64,000 nt of DNA, from positions 40,362,001 to 40,426,000 of the forward strand of contig NC_043010.1 in the NCBI RefSeq assembly GCF_006345805.1, written 5' to 3'. Source of the DNA: Octopus sinensis. Taxonomy: Eukaryota. A program made the position numbers and the translations under genes. The notes under the pieces were generated by a model. It saw only the letters and a program-made list of their open reading frames with translations. It made no database searches and was not told the DNA's origin. Below are positions 51,720-64,000 of the stretch, one piece after another; within the stretch, counting starts at the first letter, position 1; the number at the start of each line of letters is the position of its first letter.

Positions 51720-52079
51720 TATATATATACAGAGAGAGAAAATTAAAATAAGCAAGAAGGATAGCCAGAGGTAATGCAGTACGATCGTTTCACGCAACTC
51801 CTTTTAATTGAACTATGCAACTATTACATCAATTTAAATGCAGAGCAATCCCCAGCTGCACAAAGACATAGAATTTAATTAAATTAAAACAGATGGGCAC
51901 ATTGGTATAATTTTACGTAAAATCTCCAAGAAGCTAAGGAGATAGACAAAGAACATGCTGCCTTCACTTCAGCTTTGAAGCTACTAGTAGCTTCTAACTC
52001 CTCTTTCAAGTAAACAGGTGTATATTGTACCCTAACACAGACACACGCAAACACACACACATACAAACACACACATACA

Positions 52080-52172
<93 letters not shown>

Positions 52173-52173
<1 letters not shown>

Positions 52174-52300
52174 TTTGTGGACCCAGGAAAAACGAGCTTC
52201 CACCAACAATTCTGCCTATATATCTATGCACACCTTTCAATGCCGTGTATGCCATAAGGTCTGTAGATCTAACAGACATTTTAAGATTCAATAAGATCAG
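52173..52300 (+). repeat. 128-bp near-identical duplicate of 50955-51082
   Basis: One mismatch by eye. Confidence 0.9.
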
Positions 52301-52656
52301 TATATATATATATACTCCCATATCTCGGTACTTCGGATTAAAAGAGAGGGAACATCGGTTCGATGAAGCAGATTGTCCGTAGGTACCGACACTAAGGTTA
52401 CTTTGCGTTGGGAGTGGCTAATATAAACAATTGCATTACGAAAGACAGAGGAATAAATAGAGTACTGTGCTTTTAATGAAGCACAATATCCAATTTGAAA
52501 GTGAAAAATACCTGTACACTGTAAATATACACTTATAATAAAGTGAGTTCAACATTTTTTAGATTTAATATCAGGTTCCAGATTTTGTCCGCTGCTTCCG
52601 TATTCCGTTAAAGGTAGGTCCGTACTAACGACCTACCTTTAACCTATATATACCTG

Positions 52657-52739
<83 letters not shown>

Positions 52740-52756
52740 CGCGTGGGTGTGTGTAT

Positions 52757-53152
52757 ACTCTCTTTTACTCTTTTACTTGTTTCAGTCATTTGACTGTGGC
52801 CATGCTGGAGCACCGCCTTAAGTCGAGAAAATCGAACCTCGAACCTTTGTAAGCCTAGTACTTATTCTATCGGTCTCTTTTGCCGAACCGCTAAGTTACC
52901 GGGACGTAAACACACCAGCATCGGTTGTCAAGCGATGTTGCGGGGGGTGACAAACACAGACACACACACATACATATATATATACATATATCCGACGGGC
53001 TTCTTACAGTTTCGATCTACCAAATCCACTCACAAGGCTTTGGTCGGTCCGAGGCTATAGTAGAAGACACTTGCCCAAGGTGCCACGCAGTGGGGCTGAA
53101 TCCGGAACCATGTGGTTGATAAGCAAGCTACTTACCACACTGCCACTCCTAC
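52757..53152 (-). mobile_element. SINE family A, full length
   Basis: Tail, middle and head present. Confidence 0.92.
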
Positions 53153-54115
53153 AAGTCTGAAATTAAAGATGCGAAGTTGTGTCTTCACATGAAAATGATT
53201 TTTATATAGAAAAAATATTTATTGTGCAAGCTCTTTCAAAGTGTATTTCACCTGAATAAATATTAGTTTATTTTTGCACAAGAAATGTTATACCGAACAA
53301 AAAATAAAAAAAGATACAGTCGCATTTCACTAACTAGTTTACGCATTCTTTTGCAGCTTACGTCTAACGTTCGTTTGTCAATGCAATTTTTAGCATATGT
53401 GGTGGAATAAAATCGTGACATTAATTTTAAACAGAAATATCTTAGAGGTAATTTTCAGTGCAAGGGACGTAACTGTTAGTCTGCATGCGTTGTGTGTTTT
53501 TGTTTTGCCTTCATCTTTTTTTTATATAAAGCCACAACTGCTTGGTATTATTTTCCGGAAATTATATTTTGAATTAAACAGAACAAAGAGAGTTTCTCTT
53601 TTATTCTGAGAGGAAGGATGTTTAATTTAGATATCAGATAAAAGTTTGAAGTAACGGATCTCTGTTTTGACGAAAAAGAGCTAACTGCACCCAAAATGCG
53701 TTTGGTCAATGGCAACATTTTGTTTTTGATTCAGAATAAATGAATATAGACTGTGATGTATGCTAATTACTGCAGATTATGGTTGGTATTTTTTTTTACT
53801 AAACTACATATCAGCATTGTTTCTTTGTTTTTCAGTGCCTGACTCGCCACATTAATCGAATGGGAAAACGGAATAGTTTTTTGTAAGACCTGTCTCCTAA
53901 ATTTCATTATACATTGACTCAGGGAAATTTTCCCTATATATGCCTCCGGGATAATTGTCATACCTATTAGACTACTGTAGAGAGCTCTTGTCAACCTTTG
54001 CATGCTATAATTTACATGAAGTTGCTTTTAACATTTAAAGCACGACCCTCTTTGAAGTACAGTTCAGAGGTTCCGTATAGATAGCTTCATAGTCTACAGT
54101 TTGTCGGTGAAAAAG

Positions 54116-54263
54116 TGAGTTCAAATTCCGCCGAGGTCGACTTTGCCTTTCATCCTTTCGGGGTCGATAAATTAAGTACCTGTTGCGTACTGAGATTGAT
54201 GTAATCGACTCGCCTGCTCCCTAAAAATATTTTCGAGTCTTATGCCTAGAGTAGAAAAGATTA
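54116..54263 (+). mobile_element. SINE family D fragment
   Basis: tgagttcaaattccgccgaggtcgactttgcctttcatcctttcggggtcgataaattaagtacc. Confidence 0.85.
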
Positions 54264-55312
54264 ACTCTCCTACCTCCTTCACACTCTATTTCTCGCTCAA
54301 CGAGCATCTATTGGTCTATCAATATTGTACGATAATTGTGTATCTTTTACGCTGAGGTTATATCCTTTGCCCATTGTATCCACCAGTCTGTGTACCGCCT
54401 AAACATTCTATTTCACACTGTCTGTGTACCGCCTACACATTCTATTTCACACTGTTTGTGTATGTTTTTCACATCTCTCATTTATGTAACATTATCTGCC
54501 TATCTTTTTCCCACTCCTTCTCCTGGTCTATTACATCCATTTCAGTATATCATCACAGTTGACAGTTTCACTTAATGAAGTTTTGTGTCTATTTGGTTCT
54601 CCGTATTTTTTTTTGTTTTTATAATTTCACTTCTTCCTACAAGGAAGGAGAGCAAGTTCCTAACAAAGAAACAGACCTGTATCGTTTATTTGGCTAACAA
54701 AACCAATAAATGTTAAATGTTGAACTTTAAAAATTTATTGCGTATGTTTTTTTTTACTGTTCACTTTACAGACTGTATTTGTAAAGTGCATGTTAGCTAG
54801 TCTCTTTCTTTACGAGAAAAAAAATATCTTTAGCTAATCCGGATTGTCATTTACTAGCATAACCAACTGCACCGAATAATTATCAGTGTAAATGTCAATG
54901 TGGAATCAGCTTCGGGTTTTGAAGCATTTCTTCTTAACTAATACACGTTTCACTGACTTTTGAAAAACTGTTCACATCTGCAAGGCAGCTGCTTTCTACG
55001 TCTAATATCTTCTTTTTTCTTCTCTCAAGTTATCTTACTTGTTATTATTTACGTTTGCCAGAACTTTTGATGAGAATGTTTAACCAATATTCCACATGTT
55101 GATACTTATGTGTGCTTACTATCAAGAGCATTGCATTTGTTCCTCTCTTTCTATCTTTCTCTGCCTCCGTCTCTCTCTTTCTCTGTCTCTGTATCTCTCT
55201 TTTTCTCACTCTTGTACATATATACATACACACACCCATATATATTTATATATCTACATCTAAATTTATTTACATATCTATGTATATCTCTATCTATGTC
55301 TATATGCATACA

Positions 55313-55500
55313 AGGCGCAGCAATGGCTGTGTCGTAAGTAGCTTTCTTGCCAACCACATGATTCTGGGTTCTGTCCCATTGCGTGGCACCTTGGGCAAGT
55401 GTCTTCTACTATAGCATTGGGCCGACCAAAGTCTTGTGAGTGGATTTGGTAGACAGAAACTGAAAGAAACCCGTATATGTGTATATGTATATACACACAA

Positions 55501-55535
<35 letters not shown>

Positions 55536-55659
55536 CGACGGGATTCTTTCAGTTTCCATCTACCAAATCCATTCACAAGGCTTTGGTCGGCCCTAGGCTA
55601 TAGTAGAAGACACTTGCCCAACGTGCAAAGCTACTTACCACACAGCCATTCCTGCGCCT
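55313..55659. mobile_element. Two SINE A heads in inverted orientation (55313-55477 +, 55534-55659 -)
   Basis: Separated only by a ~55-bp CA/TA microsatellite. Confidence 0.88.
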
Positions 55660-55699
55660 ACACACACACACACACGCACACGCACACACACACCAAGCA

Positions 55700-55796
<97 letters not shown>

Positions 55797-56306
55797 CCCA
55801 CCAGGTAATATTTTTCTTTTCTTTACTCATAATAACATTATACTACAATTAGAGGTAGCGCTTTGATGGCAAATTATTTTTCGGAGGGTTTGAAGCCGCT
55901 AATGACAGACGTTAGCGACGTTTATAACTAACTTATCTGTGTAGTTGTTCATCTAAACTGAATTACTGAACGTTTTCTTCAACAATTTTGCCGACTTAAG
56001 AAAGTCCACATCAGTAAGCGATTCCATATTTTTTACTGTTATAGTTAAAAGAAACACCCCCACACCAGCTTAGTATTAGACGAACCGGATTGTAAAACTA
56101 ATTCGAATTGTGTGAGATTTCGCTCTAATAATCATGGCAACAACGACAGTTATCTAAGACAGATTAACTTGTGAGTTATCTAAGACAGATTAAGTATTCT
56201 TATCACTACATCTCTGTACTGAAATCTAGATGTACACTGGTGCTATGGAAAAGCTTCTAGAGAGCCAGTTATATGAAGTGGCTAAAACTATTGAGGTAAA
56301 GCTTAC

Positions 56307-56375
56307 TCAAATTTTCGTACAACACCTTCTTTGTGGTAACGAGGGAAAGAAGAGTCTTCTGTTCTCTATTAAATT
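56307..56375 (-). CDS. Internal exon, 69 nt, phase 1-1
   Basis: Acceptor ggatcttgtag, donor TGA/GTAAGC, frame (E)FNREQKTLLSLVTTKKVLYENL. Confidence 0.65.
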   Translation of the reverse strand, partial: NLIENRRLFFPSLPQRRCCTKI

Positions 56376-57231
56376 CTACAAGATCCAACTATATATCCTT
56401 TAAATTTCTAAAAGATCTGGCACCGCACATTTTTATTGTCTTAAATTTCATGATAATCTGTAGTGCGTGAAATAAGAATGTCAAGTCCGCAGCAGACTCC
56501 CACGAAAGAAGATAGTATTCATTTCTTTCTTCCTTCCTTTCTTTCTTTCATCCTTTTTTTCTTTATTTCTTCCCCTTTCTTTTTCTTTTTCTTTTTGTCA
56601 TCTCAGAAATGCCATTTTAGTTATATTTTACGTTGCATTTATATTCTTATGTTCCAATAATCTACGTTTGATCCATCTATCTCAAATATATTTGTCTTTA
56701 TTGGAGGCATTCTTTTTTTTTTTACTTTCTCAAACTAATTCGAATTGTTCTGTCTCTCACTGTTGTATCATTCCCACTTGGTAATAATTGTCTGTCTTAA
56801 CCTTTAGCTGTACACAACACACATTGATTGATGATTTTTCTCTTCTGTGTAGTAATAACTTCTCGATGGTTTCGTGCTCCAAGATTGCATGTCAGTAACA
56901 CTCAAAGTGAGATGTTACGAGCTTGTCAGTACTGCAAGCCAGTTTTTTGGTGAGATATATTATCTCTATGGACTGATGTTTTCGGTGCAAGTAAAAAACA
57001 TTCACCTTTCTGAGTAAACTTCTCTGTTTGTCGTTGTTGTTGTTGTTGATGTTGCTGTTTGTTGTTTTATATTAAGAGTTTTTTCCAATTTTCCTTCGAA
57101 ATAGATACGGATCATCCTTTATTAGGTGTCACTCATTAGCAATCGTAATTTTGTTTTTATTTTCCTGAACGCAAACACGTGATACTTGTGTGTGTGTGTG
57201 CATGCGTGTGGTGTGTTGGTGTGTGTGTGTG

Positions 57232-57272
<41 letters not shown>

Positions 57273-57483
57273 AATAAGAAAATGGAGAAACAATTTAGTT
57301 GTTTCATCAGCTTTCGGATATTAGAATGTTGACTTATTTATTTAACAAAGACGAGAACCTTAATAACATACATATATACATTATAATTCAATACATATAA
57401 GATAAGAATACAATTATAAAAATCTTAATATAAATTATTGAAATCATTAAACTCACTCTTATAACTGTTTCATATATATACAT

Positions 57484-57559
<76 letters not shown>

Positions 57560-57656
57560 GTGTACTGGTACACCGGCGATTATAATTAATTTTATTGTAT
57601 CGCATTTATCTTGTTTACATATTCTCTCGATAAATTTCTGACGTTAGACGATATAC

Positions 57657-57791
57657 CACAATCCCCTATTTTGTCGGGTTTGTTCTGATCTGCGCAGTGT
57701 TTTGAATAGTTTAGAAAGAGCATTCGATAGACGCACATGGGTCTATTGATATGGTTTCCCTTCATAACAGGAATCCTACTGAAGAGCCAGC
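57657..57791 (-). CDS. Internal exon, 135 nt, phase 1-1
   Basis: Acceptor tatttatttactcag, donor GTG/GTATAT, frame (C)WLFSRIPVMKGNHINRPMCVYRMLFLNYSKHCADQNKPDKIGDC. Confidence 0.7.
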
Positions 57792-58058
57792 CTGAGTAAA
57801 TAAATACTATTTTTATTACTGAATTTGGCGAAACTGCAGTATAAGAAAGTTTAAGTTGTAAAAGTTTTTAATTTTCATCATCTCACTAAATTTATCCAGC
57901 TATTTTGTGTCTCAGTGCACTCTTCGCCTTGAATGTAATGATATAGTATAATATATGGCGTGTACTGGTACACCGGCGATTATAATTAATTTTATTGTAT
58001 CGCATTTATCTTTGTTTACATATTCTTTCGATAAATGTCTGACCGTTAGACGATATAC

Positions 58059-58193
58059 CACAATCCCCTATTTTGTGGGTTTGTTCTGAGTTGCCAGTGT
58101 TTTTGAATAGTTTAGAAAGAGCATTTCGATAGACGCACATGGGTCTATTGATATGTCTTCACTTCATTAACAGGAATCTTATGAAGAGCCAGC
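58059..58193 (-). pseudogene. Frameshifted duplicate of the 57657-57791 exon
   Basis: Splice sites retained; multiple 1-nt indels give an early TGA. Confidence 0.7.
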
Positions 58194-58425
58194 CTGAGTA
58201 AATAAATACTAGTTTTATTACTGAATTGGCGAAACTGCAGTATAAGAAAAGTTAAGTTGTAAAAGTTTTTACTTTTCATCTCACTAAATTATCCAGCTAT
58301 TGTGTATCTAGTGCACTCTTCGTCGCCTTGAATGTATGAATATGTATAATATATGGCGTGTACTGGTACACCGGCGATTTAATTAATTTTACTTGTATCG
58401 CATTTATCTTGTTTAATATATAGAT

Positions 58426-58457
<32 letters not shown>

Positions 58458-58566
58458 GATAGATAGATAGATAGATGATGATAGATAGATAGATAGATAG
58501 ATAGATCAGATAGATAGATATAGATAGATATATATAGATATATATATATCGAATAGATAGATAGAT

Positions 58567-58622
<56 letters not shown>

Positions 58623-59068
58623 TAGATAGATATATATAGATATATATAGATAGATAGATAGATGATAGATAGATAGATACACATACATGCATGTACGTTT
58701 TTATTCTTTTACTTGTTCCAGTTATTTGACTGCGGCAATGCTGGTGCACCACCTTGAGATGCGGTCATACTGGTGTACTGCCTTGTAAACGTATATATGT
58801 AAGTTTGTGTGAGTAAGTGCATCTATGCAATTATTTTATGCATGCGCGCGCGCGTATGTATTAACGACACCAGATATTCTCATTTCGGATTGTTGTAGAT
58901 AACATTAAAGGTGGATCTCTTTATCTATCTCCAGCTGTTTCCTTTTAGCGTACCGTGTGTTTTATAAGTTTCTCTTTCTGTTATTCTATTAGTTTTGAAG
59001 CTGTTGTGGTATTTTATTGCGTTTTTATCACTTTTTTGTTTGTTCGATAATTTGCAGGTGTGGTTTAC

Positions 59069-59293
59069 AATATTTTCCTGTTGGAGTTGTATCCGTTTCC
59101 ATTGTGGTTTCAGGTGTCGTCGCTGCTTGTTTTGTGGTTGTGGTTGTGGTTGTTATGACAAATGGCACGTAGGCTGTTTGTTGGCATTCTCTCTTATCGA
59201 GAACTTCGTCTAGGCAACGTGTCGGCTCTGGAGAATGGATTGACCTGTCACGTCCATGCTTCACTGCTTCGAATTCTTCGAATTTCCATCCCT
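59069..59293 (-). CDS. Exon, 225 nt, phase 1-1, with Cys pair and Thr-rich (mucin-like) tract
   Basis: Pyrimidine tract then gattcag acceptor; GWKFEEFEAVK..RCLDEVLDKRECQQ..TTTTTTTKQAATTPETT..GKY; donor ATT/GTAAAC; could instead start at ATG 59366. Confidence 0.65.
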
Positions 59294-62200
59294 CTGAATC
59301 ACTTGCATCAATAAGAGAAAAATCAGACACAGGAAGGAAAGCAAGTAGATATGTGTCGGTGCACATGTTTTTCTTACATTTTAGCTAGGACTCCTTACGG
59401 CGCTCTCTTTGTCGTTCGTATCGACGTTAATCGTTCACAGCGTATTGCGCTTTGCTATTTCTAGCCCCATTGATTGTTTCTGTAACTGTAGCATAGGCAG
59501 AAAATTGAGAAACAAAACCATTACCCTCTCACATTGCATCTCTATAATCTACATGGCGTCCAATACAGCTTCAGTTATTTCTGAACCTTCGCCAGAGTGT
59601 GGCTAACAATTTTTTTTTCATATTGACTATATTTTACATTTTGAAATTTTTTATTCACTTTCTGGCCAAATTAAAAAATGGATCATATAATTCATATGGA
59701 TCAAGTAAAATACCATTTTTGTAAACCAGAGATTGTTCAGTCAAGGATTTTTATCTCAAGGCTGTCTTCTTTTTTCTTTTACTTTACAGTGGAAAGAAAA
59801 AGTAGTGGTTTTTGGTGGTGGTGACGGGGATCAATATGTGTATTGCTTTTATATTGCAGTACCATGATATTGCTCTCTACGCATTGATAGGGCCCATGGT
59901 AAAACAGTGGCATTACTTGTAGTGGTGGTGGTCATGGTTGTGTTGGTCGTGGTCCTCGTAGTCGCTATCACTATCGTCGCAGCAGAGGGTTATGCAGTTG
60001 ATGTGTTGCTCTTGTTGTTGTCAAACTCCGCTGGATTCGACCTCCGAACCTCAACTTTGATTGCAACTCGAAACTCTACATTAGATTACCGCCCAGATTA
60101 TATTGCCAACCCTATATTAGTAAACAAGTGTTCTTCAGTTTGAAGAAAGCAATATATGACAGAAAGAAGATTTGACTGTTACTTTTAACATGTCGTCTGA
60201 CTACCTGCATCTTCGCTCATTGGTTCGTTCTCAATCTCCTTTTTCTCACTATATAGGATTTACCTGCCACGCCCATTAATACCCTTAATAATATCACACA
60301 CATCGTTGTTTAATCGAACTTCAATTATAAAACTCATTGATTTCCCCTAGTGTCATACACTCATTTTATTTGTCGTAGTTCCCCGTCTACAATAACATCA
60401 TTCTATGTTTTCTCCAAAGGTCTATCTACCTACTAATAAACAAAATAGAAGTTATTTACGAAGCATGAATGTTTGCCAAAGACACCACACAGGCCTCCTT
60501 AAAATTGATTCCAACAGAAGAGATTTCCAGTTTACTCAAGCAGAATTCACAGGAGATCAATTATTGTAGCAAAAACAGGTTATGAATCACGAAGTTTTAT
60601 TAGCAAATGTAATAGAACTTAACCAAATCTATAATCATTATCATGATATCTCAGTTTCACTTGATAGCTGCTAAGGAGAAAGTAATAAAACTAAACTAAA
60701 GCGATGCATCATAAAAAAAGAAAATCTCTGATTATCTATCGATGTTTCAACCATCAAAACGATTGTAATGTATTTCATTTTCCTAAAAGGAACCAAGTTT
60801 GATATTCGCTTTCAATTTAATACATTCCTTTGACTAAAACGTCAACTATCATCGTGTTTGAATATTATTGAAAGTTAAACTTCACTAAATTTCCCATAAG
60901 GTAGAAATTAATGATACTTTCTTTGCTATTGGTTTCATAGTTTCCATAATTATAATAATAACAATAAGAATAACAATAATAATAAAACAAGCAACAGCAA
61001 AAACAATAATAATGACGATGATGACGATGATAATGGTGGTGGTAGTGGTGGTGGCGGCGGCGGTGGCGGCATCGGCGGTAGTGATGATGATGATGGTTGT
61101 GGTGGTGATGATGATGGTGCTGGTGATGATGAGAGAAGAAGAAGAAGAAGAAGAAGAAACGTATTATCTGGGGATTACTAAATTTTTACGAAGACAGCAA
61201 ACGAATTTAAAATGCAAAAACAAAAAAAAGCTAAAAGACTGAAAATATAAAGCGTAGTTCTGAGAGATCGATGTAAGTGATTAACTGACACACTAGATAT
61301 AAATAGCAATGCTTTTGTTTTGAAATTCTCGGAAGAATTTTCGAGTTTGTGGCATTGCTTAATTGGAACATAGCTGCATACAGCTAACTACTAACGAATA
61401 CCGCAAATTTCTATTAACCCCTCAAAATAGACAAGAAGAATAATTCTAGGAAACTAAGCAGAAACCCAGTGATCAGAAATAAATATATGGTTGCAGATTT
61501 AATTAGACATTTGCTACAATTGGCTGCCGTACTGTTGGTGCAAAGTCGGTAAACCTAGCCACGAATTAAATAACGAGAATTAAGTACTCCAAAAACAAAA
61601 ACGCAATGGAACACAGCTGGTTACTTTTGAGCTTATCTGTATCTCTATGCCGATATACATTCATCTCTCTCTCCCTCTCTGCCCCGTCTCTTTCTCAGTG
61701 AATGCATACAGGATTCTTGAGGGAGCCTGTCCATAACTTTATGTCAATATCTCTCCATTTCCATCCAAATCGAGAGAGCCGAGTAGATTATTGCTGCCAT
61801 TATAGATGCTTTTATTCTAAGATATTAACAAAATCCCTGCAGGACTATATAATTACTGCTTTAATTTATATATTATGTATTAGCAAATAAAACTTGTGTT
61901 GACAGAATATACCGCAAATAATTGGCAATCATATGGCGTGACAGATATGTAAAATATCGATTAATCTTTAAGGCACCAATCTTCATTGTTTCGACTGCAG
62001 CATATTATTTTTATACATTATATTAAGCAGAGAAATTTGAAAAGTGAATTGAATCTTATTTTGAACAGGACACGGAATTACATAGTTTAATAATGTCAAA
62101 TTAAATGTCTAAATCTATACAATATTAAGCTGTTGAGGGGGAAATGGTGGAATATTAAAATAGTAAAAGGGCGGAAAATAATGGCGAAGTGAGTTATTTG

Positions 62201-62510
62201 TTTTATTCTGCATTCAGAGTTCAGGCCCCGCGAAGTTAACCTTTTGTTTTTATCCTTCTAGGATCTAAACAAATCTGTGTCATTCAATTTCAGGGAACAG
62301 TTTTATCAACCAATCTCTATCACAATATGGTTGGCCTTGAATCTAAGTTTTAACTAAATACTATTATATTTTTATAGAGCTGAGCGAACACATATTGTCA
62401 AGCAATTATTTGAATGCTTGAAATTTAGGCTTTTATTTAAATCCCGCCTTATTTCTATTTCACTTCTATTTAAATCGTTAACTTAACACATGTGTTTTAA
62501 ATAAATAAAA

Positions 62511-62757
62511 GCGCCCTTTTAAAGCCTAGCCAGGCTCACAGGCCCGGTTTCCCCGGTTTCAATGGCGTATGTGATCCCCAGCTGGACGGGACGCCAATCC
62601 ATCGCAGCGTTACTCCTTTTTGCCAGATGATTGGACTGGAGCAACATGAAATGAAGTGTTTTGCTGAAGAACACAACGCGTCCCCCGGTCCAGGAATCGA
62701 AACTACAATCTTACGATCATGATGTTGATAACCTAACCACTAAGCCACGCGCCTCCA
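62511..62757 (-). mobile_element. SINE with family C head and the same tail as 40211-40532
   Basis: ggaggcgcgtggcttagtggttagg head, gcaaaacacttcatttca body, cccgtccagctgggg..gagcctggctaggc tail. Confidence 0.85.
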
Positions 62758-62970
62758 CAATACCAGTATTTTACACGTTTTAATCTACATGCAGTAGATT
62801 CGTGATCAAAAATATTACCGAAGTGACCATAGCATCAATTTGTGTAACTAACAATCATTGCAATGTTAGAAGAGTTGATTCTGTTTAAATGGGAAAATAT
62901 GATGTAAAGGGATTTAGCTGCTCGTTTTAGGAGTCGCAGCAACCATATACATGACCCCTTGCTCGTTGAA

Positions 62971-63198
62971 TACTAACCGTGATATACTAACCGTGATATA
63001 CTAACCGTGATATACTAACCGTGATATACTAACCGTGATATACTAACCGTGATATACTAACCGTGATATACTAACCGTGATATACTAACCGTGATATACT
63101 AACCGTGATATACTAACCGTGATATACTAACCGTGATATACTAACCGTGATATACTAACCGTGATATACTAACCGTGATATACTAACCGTGATATACT
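62971..63198. repeat. Perfect 14-bp tandem repeat, 16 units
   Basis: (tactaaccgtgata)16 with no variant unit. Confidence 0.98.
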
Positions 63199-63382
63199 GA
63201 AATAAGTTCAAACGAAAGTGATGGTGAAGGACATTGCATGCGATAATTCTTATATTTTCATTTTTTACGTTTAAGCTTAAACAAAGCTAAAATAAATGTC
63301 ATTAGCGTACGTTAATTTTTATCGATTATCATTTATTTCTTTATGCTATCGATTATTACTCGTTATTTGTGGTGCTCACACA

Positions 63383-63419
<37 letters not shown>

Positions 63420-63603
63420 ACACACAAACATGTATATATGTATAACGTAAGCATTAAAAGCAAAATGAAAGAATACAACACGAGAGGGAAAGTTTTAACA
63501 AATATTGTACTTGTTCAATGCTTAAAACAAAGAGGTAAACACCGAACGTTGCAGAATCTGTACACACACACACACACACACAGACGCACACATTTATATA
63601 TAC

Positions 63604-63638
<35 letters not shown>

Positions 63639-63661
63639 TGTATGTATGTATGTATATATGT

Positions 63662-63938
63662 GGAGGCGCAATGGCCTAGTGGTTAGGGAAGCGGACTCGC
63701 GGTCGTAGGATCGCGGTCTCGATTCCCAGACCGGGCGTTGTGAGTGTTTATTGAGCGAAAACACCTAAAAGCTCCACGAGGCTCCGGCAGGGGGTGGTGA
63801 TCCCTGCTGTACTCTTTCCGCACTCTTTCTTCTGTTGGCCAGTGGGGTGGCGTCATTCGAAGGATAAAACAATGCGAACGCATTGTGACCAGCAATGTGT
63901 AACTACATCTGATGGACTGGTCGGTCACGTGATGGTGA
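63662..63938 (+). mobile_element. SINE family B, full length
   Basis: ggaggcgcaatggcctagtggttaggg..gtctcgattcccagaccggg..cattgtgaccagc. Confidence 0.9.
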
Positions 63939-64000
63939 TGTATATATATATGTATGTATATGTATATATATGTACGTATAGATATGTACGTATATATATG

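Larger units (their letters stand above)
57556..58410. repeat. ~400-bp tandem repeat (2 full + 1 partial copy) containing an exon
   Basis: tggcgtgtactggtacaccggcgat at 57556, 57956 and 58354. Confidence 0.95.

Noticed and set aside
53767-54003. 78-aa ORF and overlapping YDNYPGGIYRENFP..FPFD frame
   Set aside because: No consistent splice sites; the more protein-like frame has two stops; could be chance.
59300-59366. Hydrophobic HIYLLSFLCLIFLLLM frame as a signal peptide
   Set aside because: Out of frame, has no start codon, and is more simply explained as the polypyrimidine tract of the 59293 acceptor.

Overview
AT-rich, microsatellite-dense eukaryotic DNA, not prokaryotic. The SINE families and the density of (TA)n/(CA)n/(TACA)n repeats suggest an octopus or related cephalopod (inference from recalled repeat families, no search run). 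Most ORFs in the supplied track are microsatellite read-through. Supported content: (1) a 5'-truncated Penelope-like retroelement (RT + GIY-YIG, minus strand, 12147-15258) bounded by ~460-bp inverted arms, with a complete type I hammerhead ribozyme fold in its 3' region; (2) a probably unannotated, large-intron protein-coding locus on the minus strand, with three consecutive phase-1 exons at 59.3-56.3 kb and further candidate exons at 20.2-20.5 and 16.1-16.25 kb, product unidentified; (3) two mariner relics, two non-autonomous Helitrons, hAT and TA-type MITEs, and LINE 3' fragments; (4) about 20 tRNA-derived SINE copies of several modular families; (5) a tRNA-Ser(GCT) pseudogene; (6) several tandem or inverted rearrangements, including a 34-bp minisatellite derived from a SINE tail. 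I found no clearly new biological system. The best leads are the Penelope element architecture and the unidentified exon chain. All alignments, folds and translations were done by eye.
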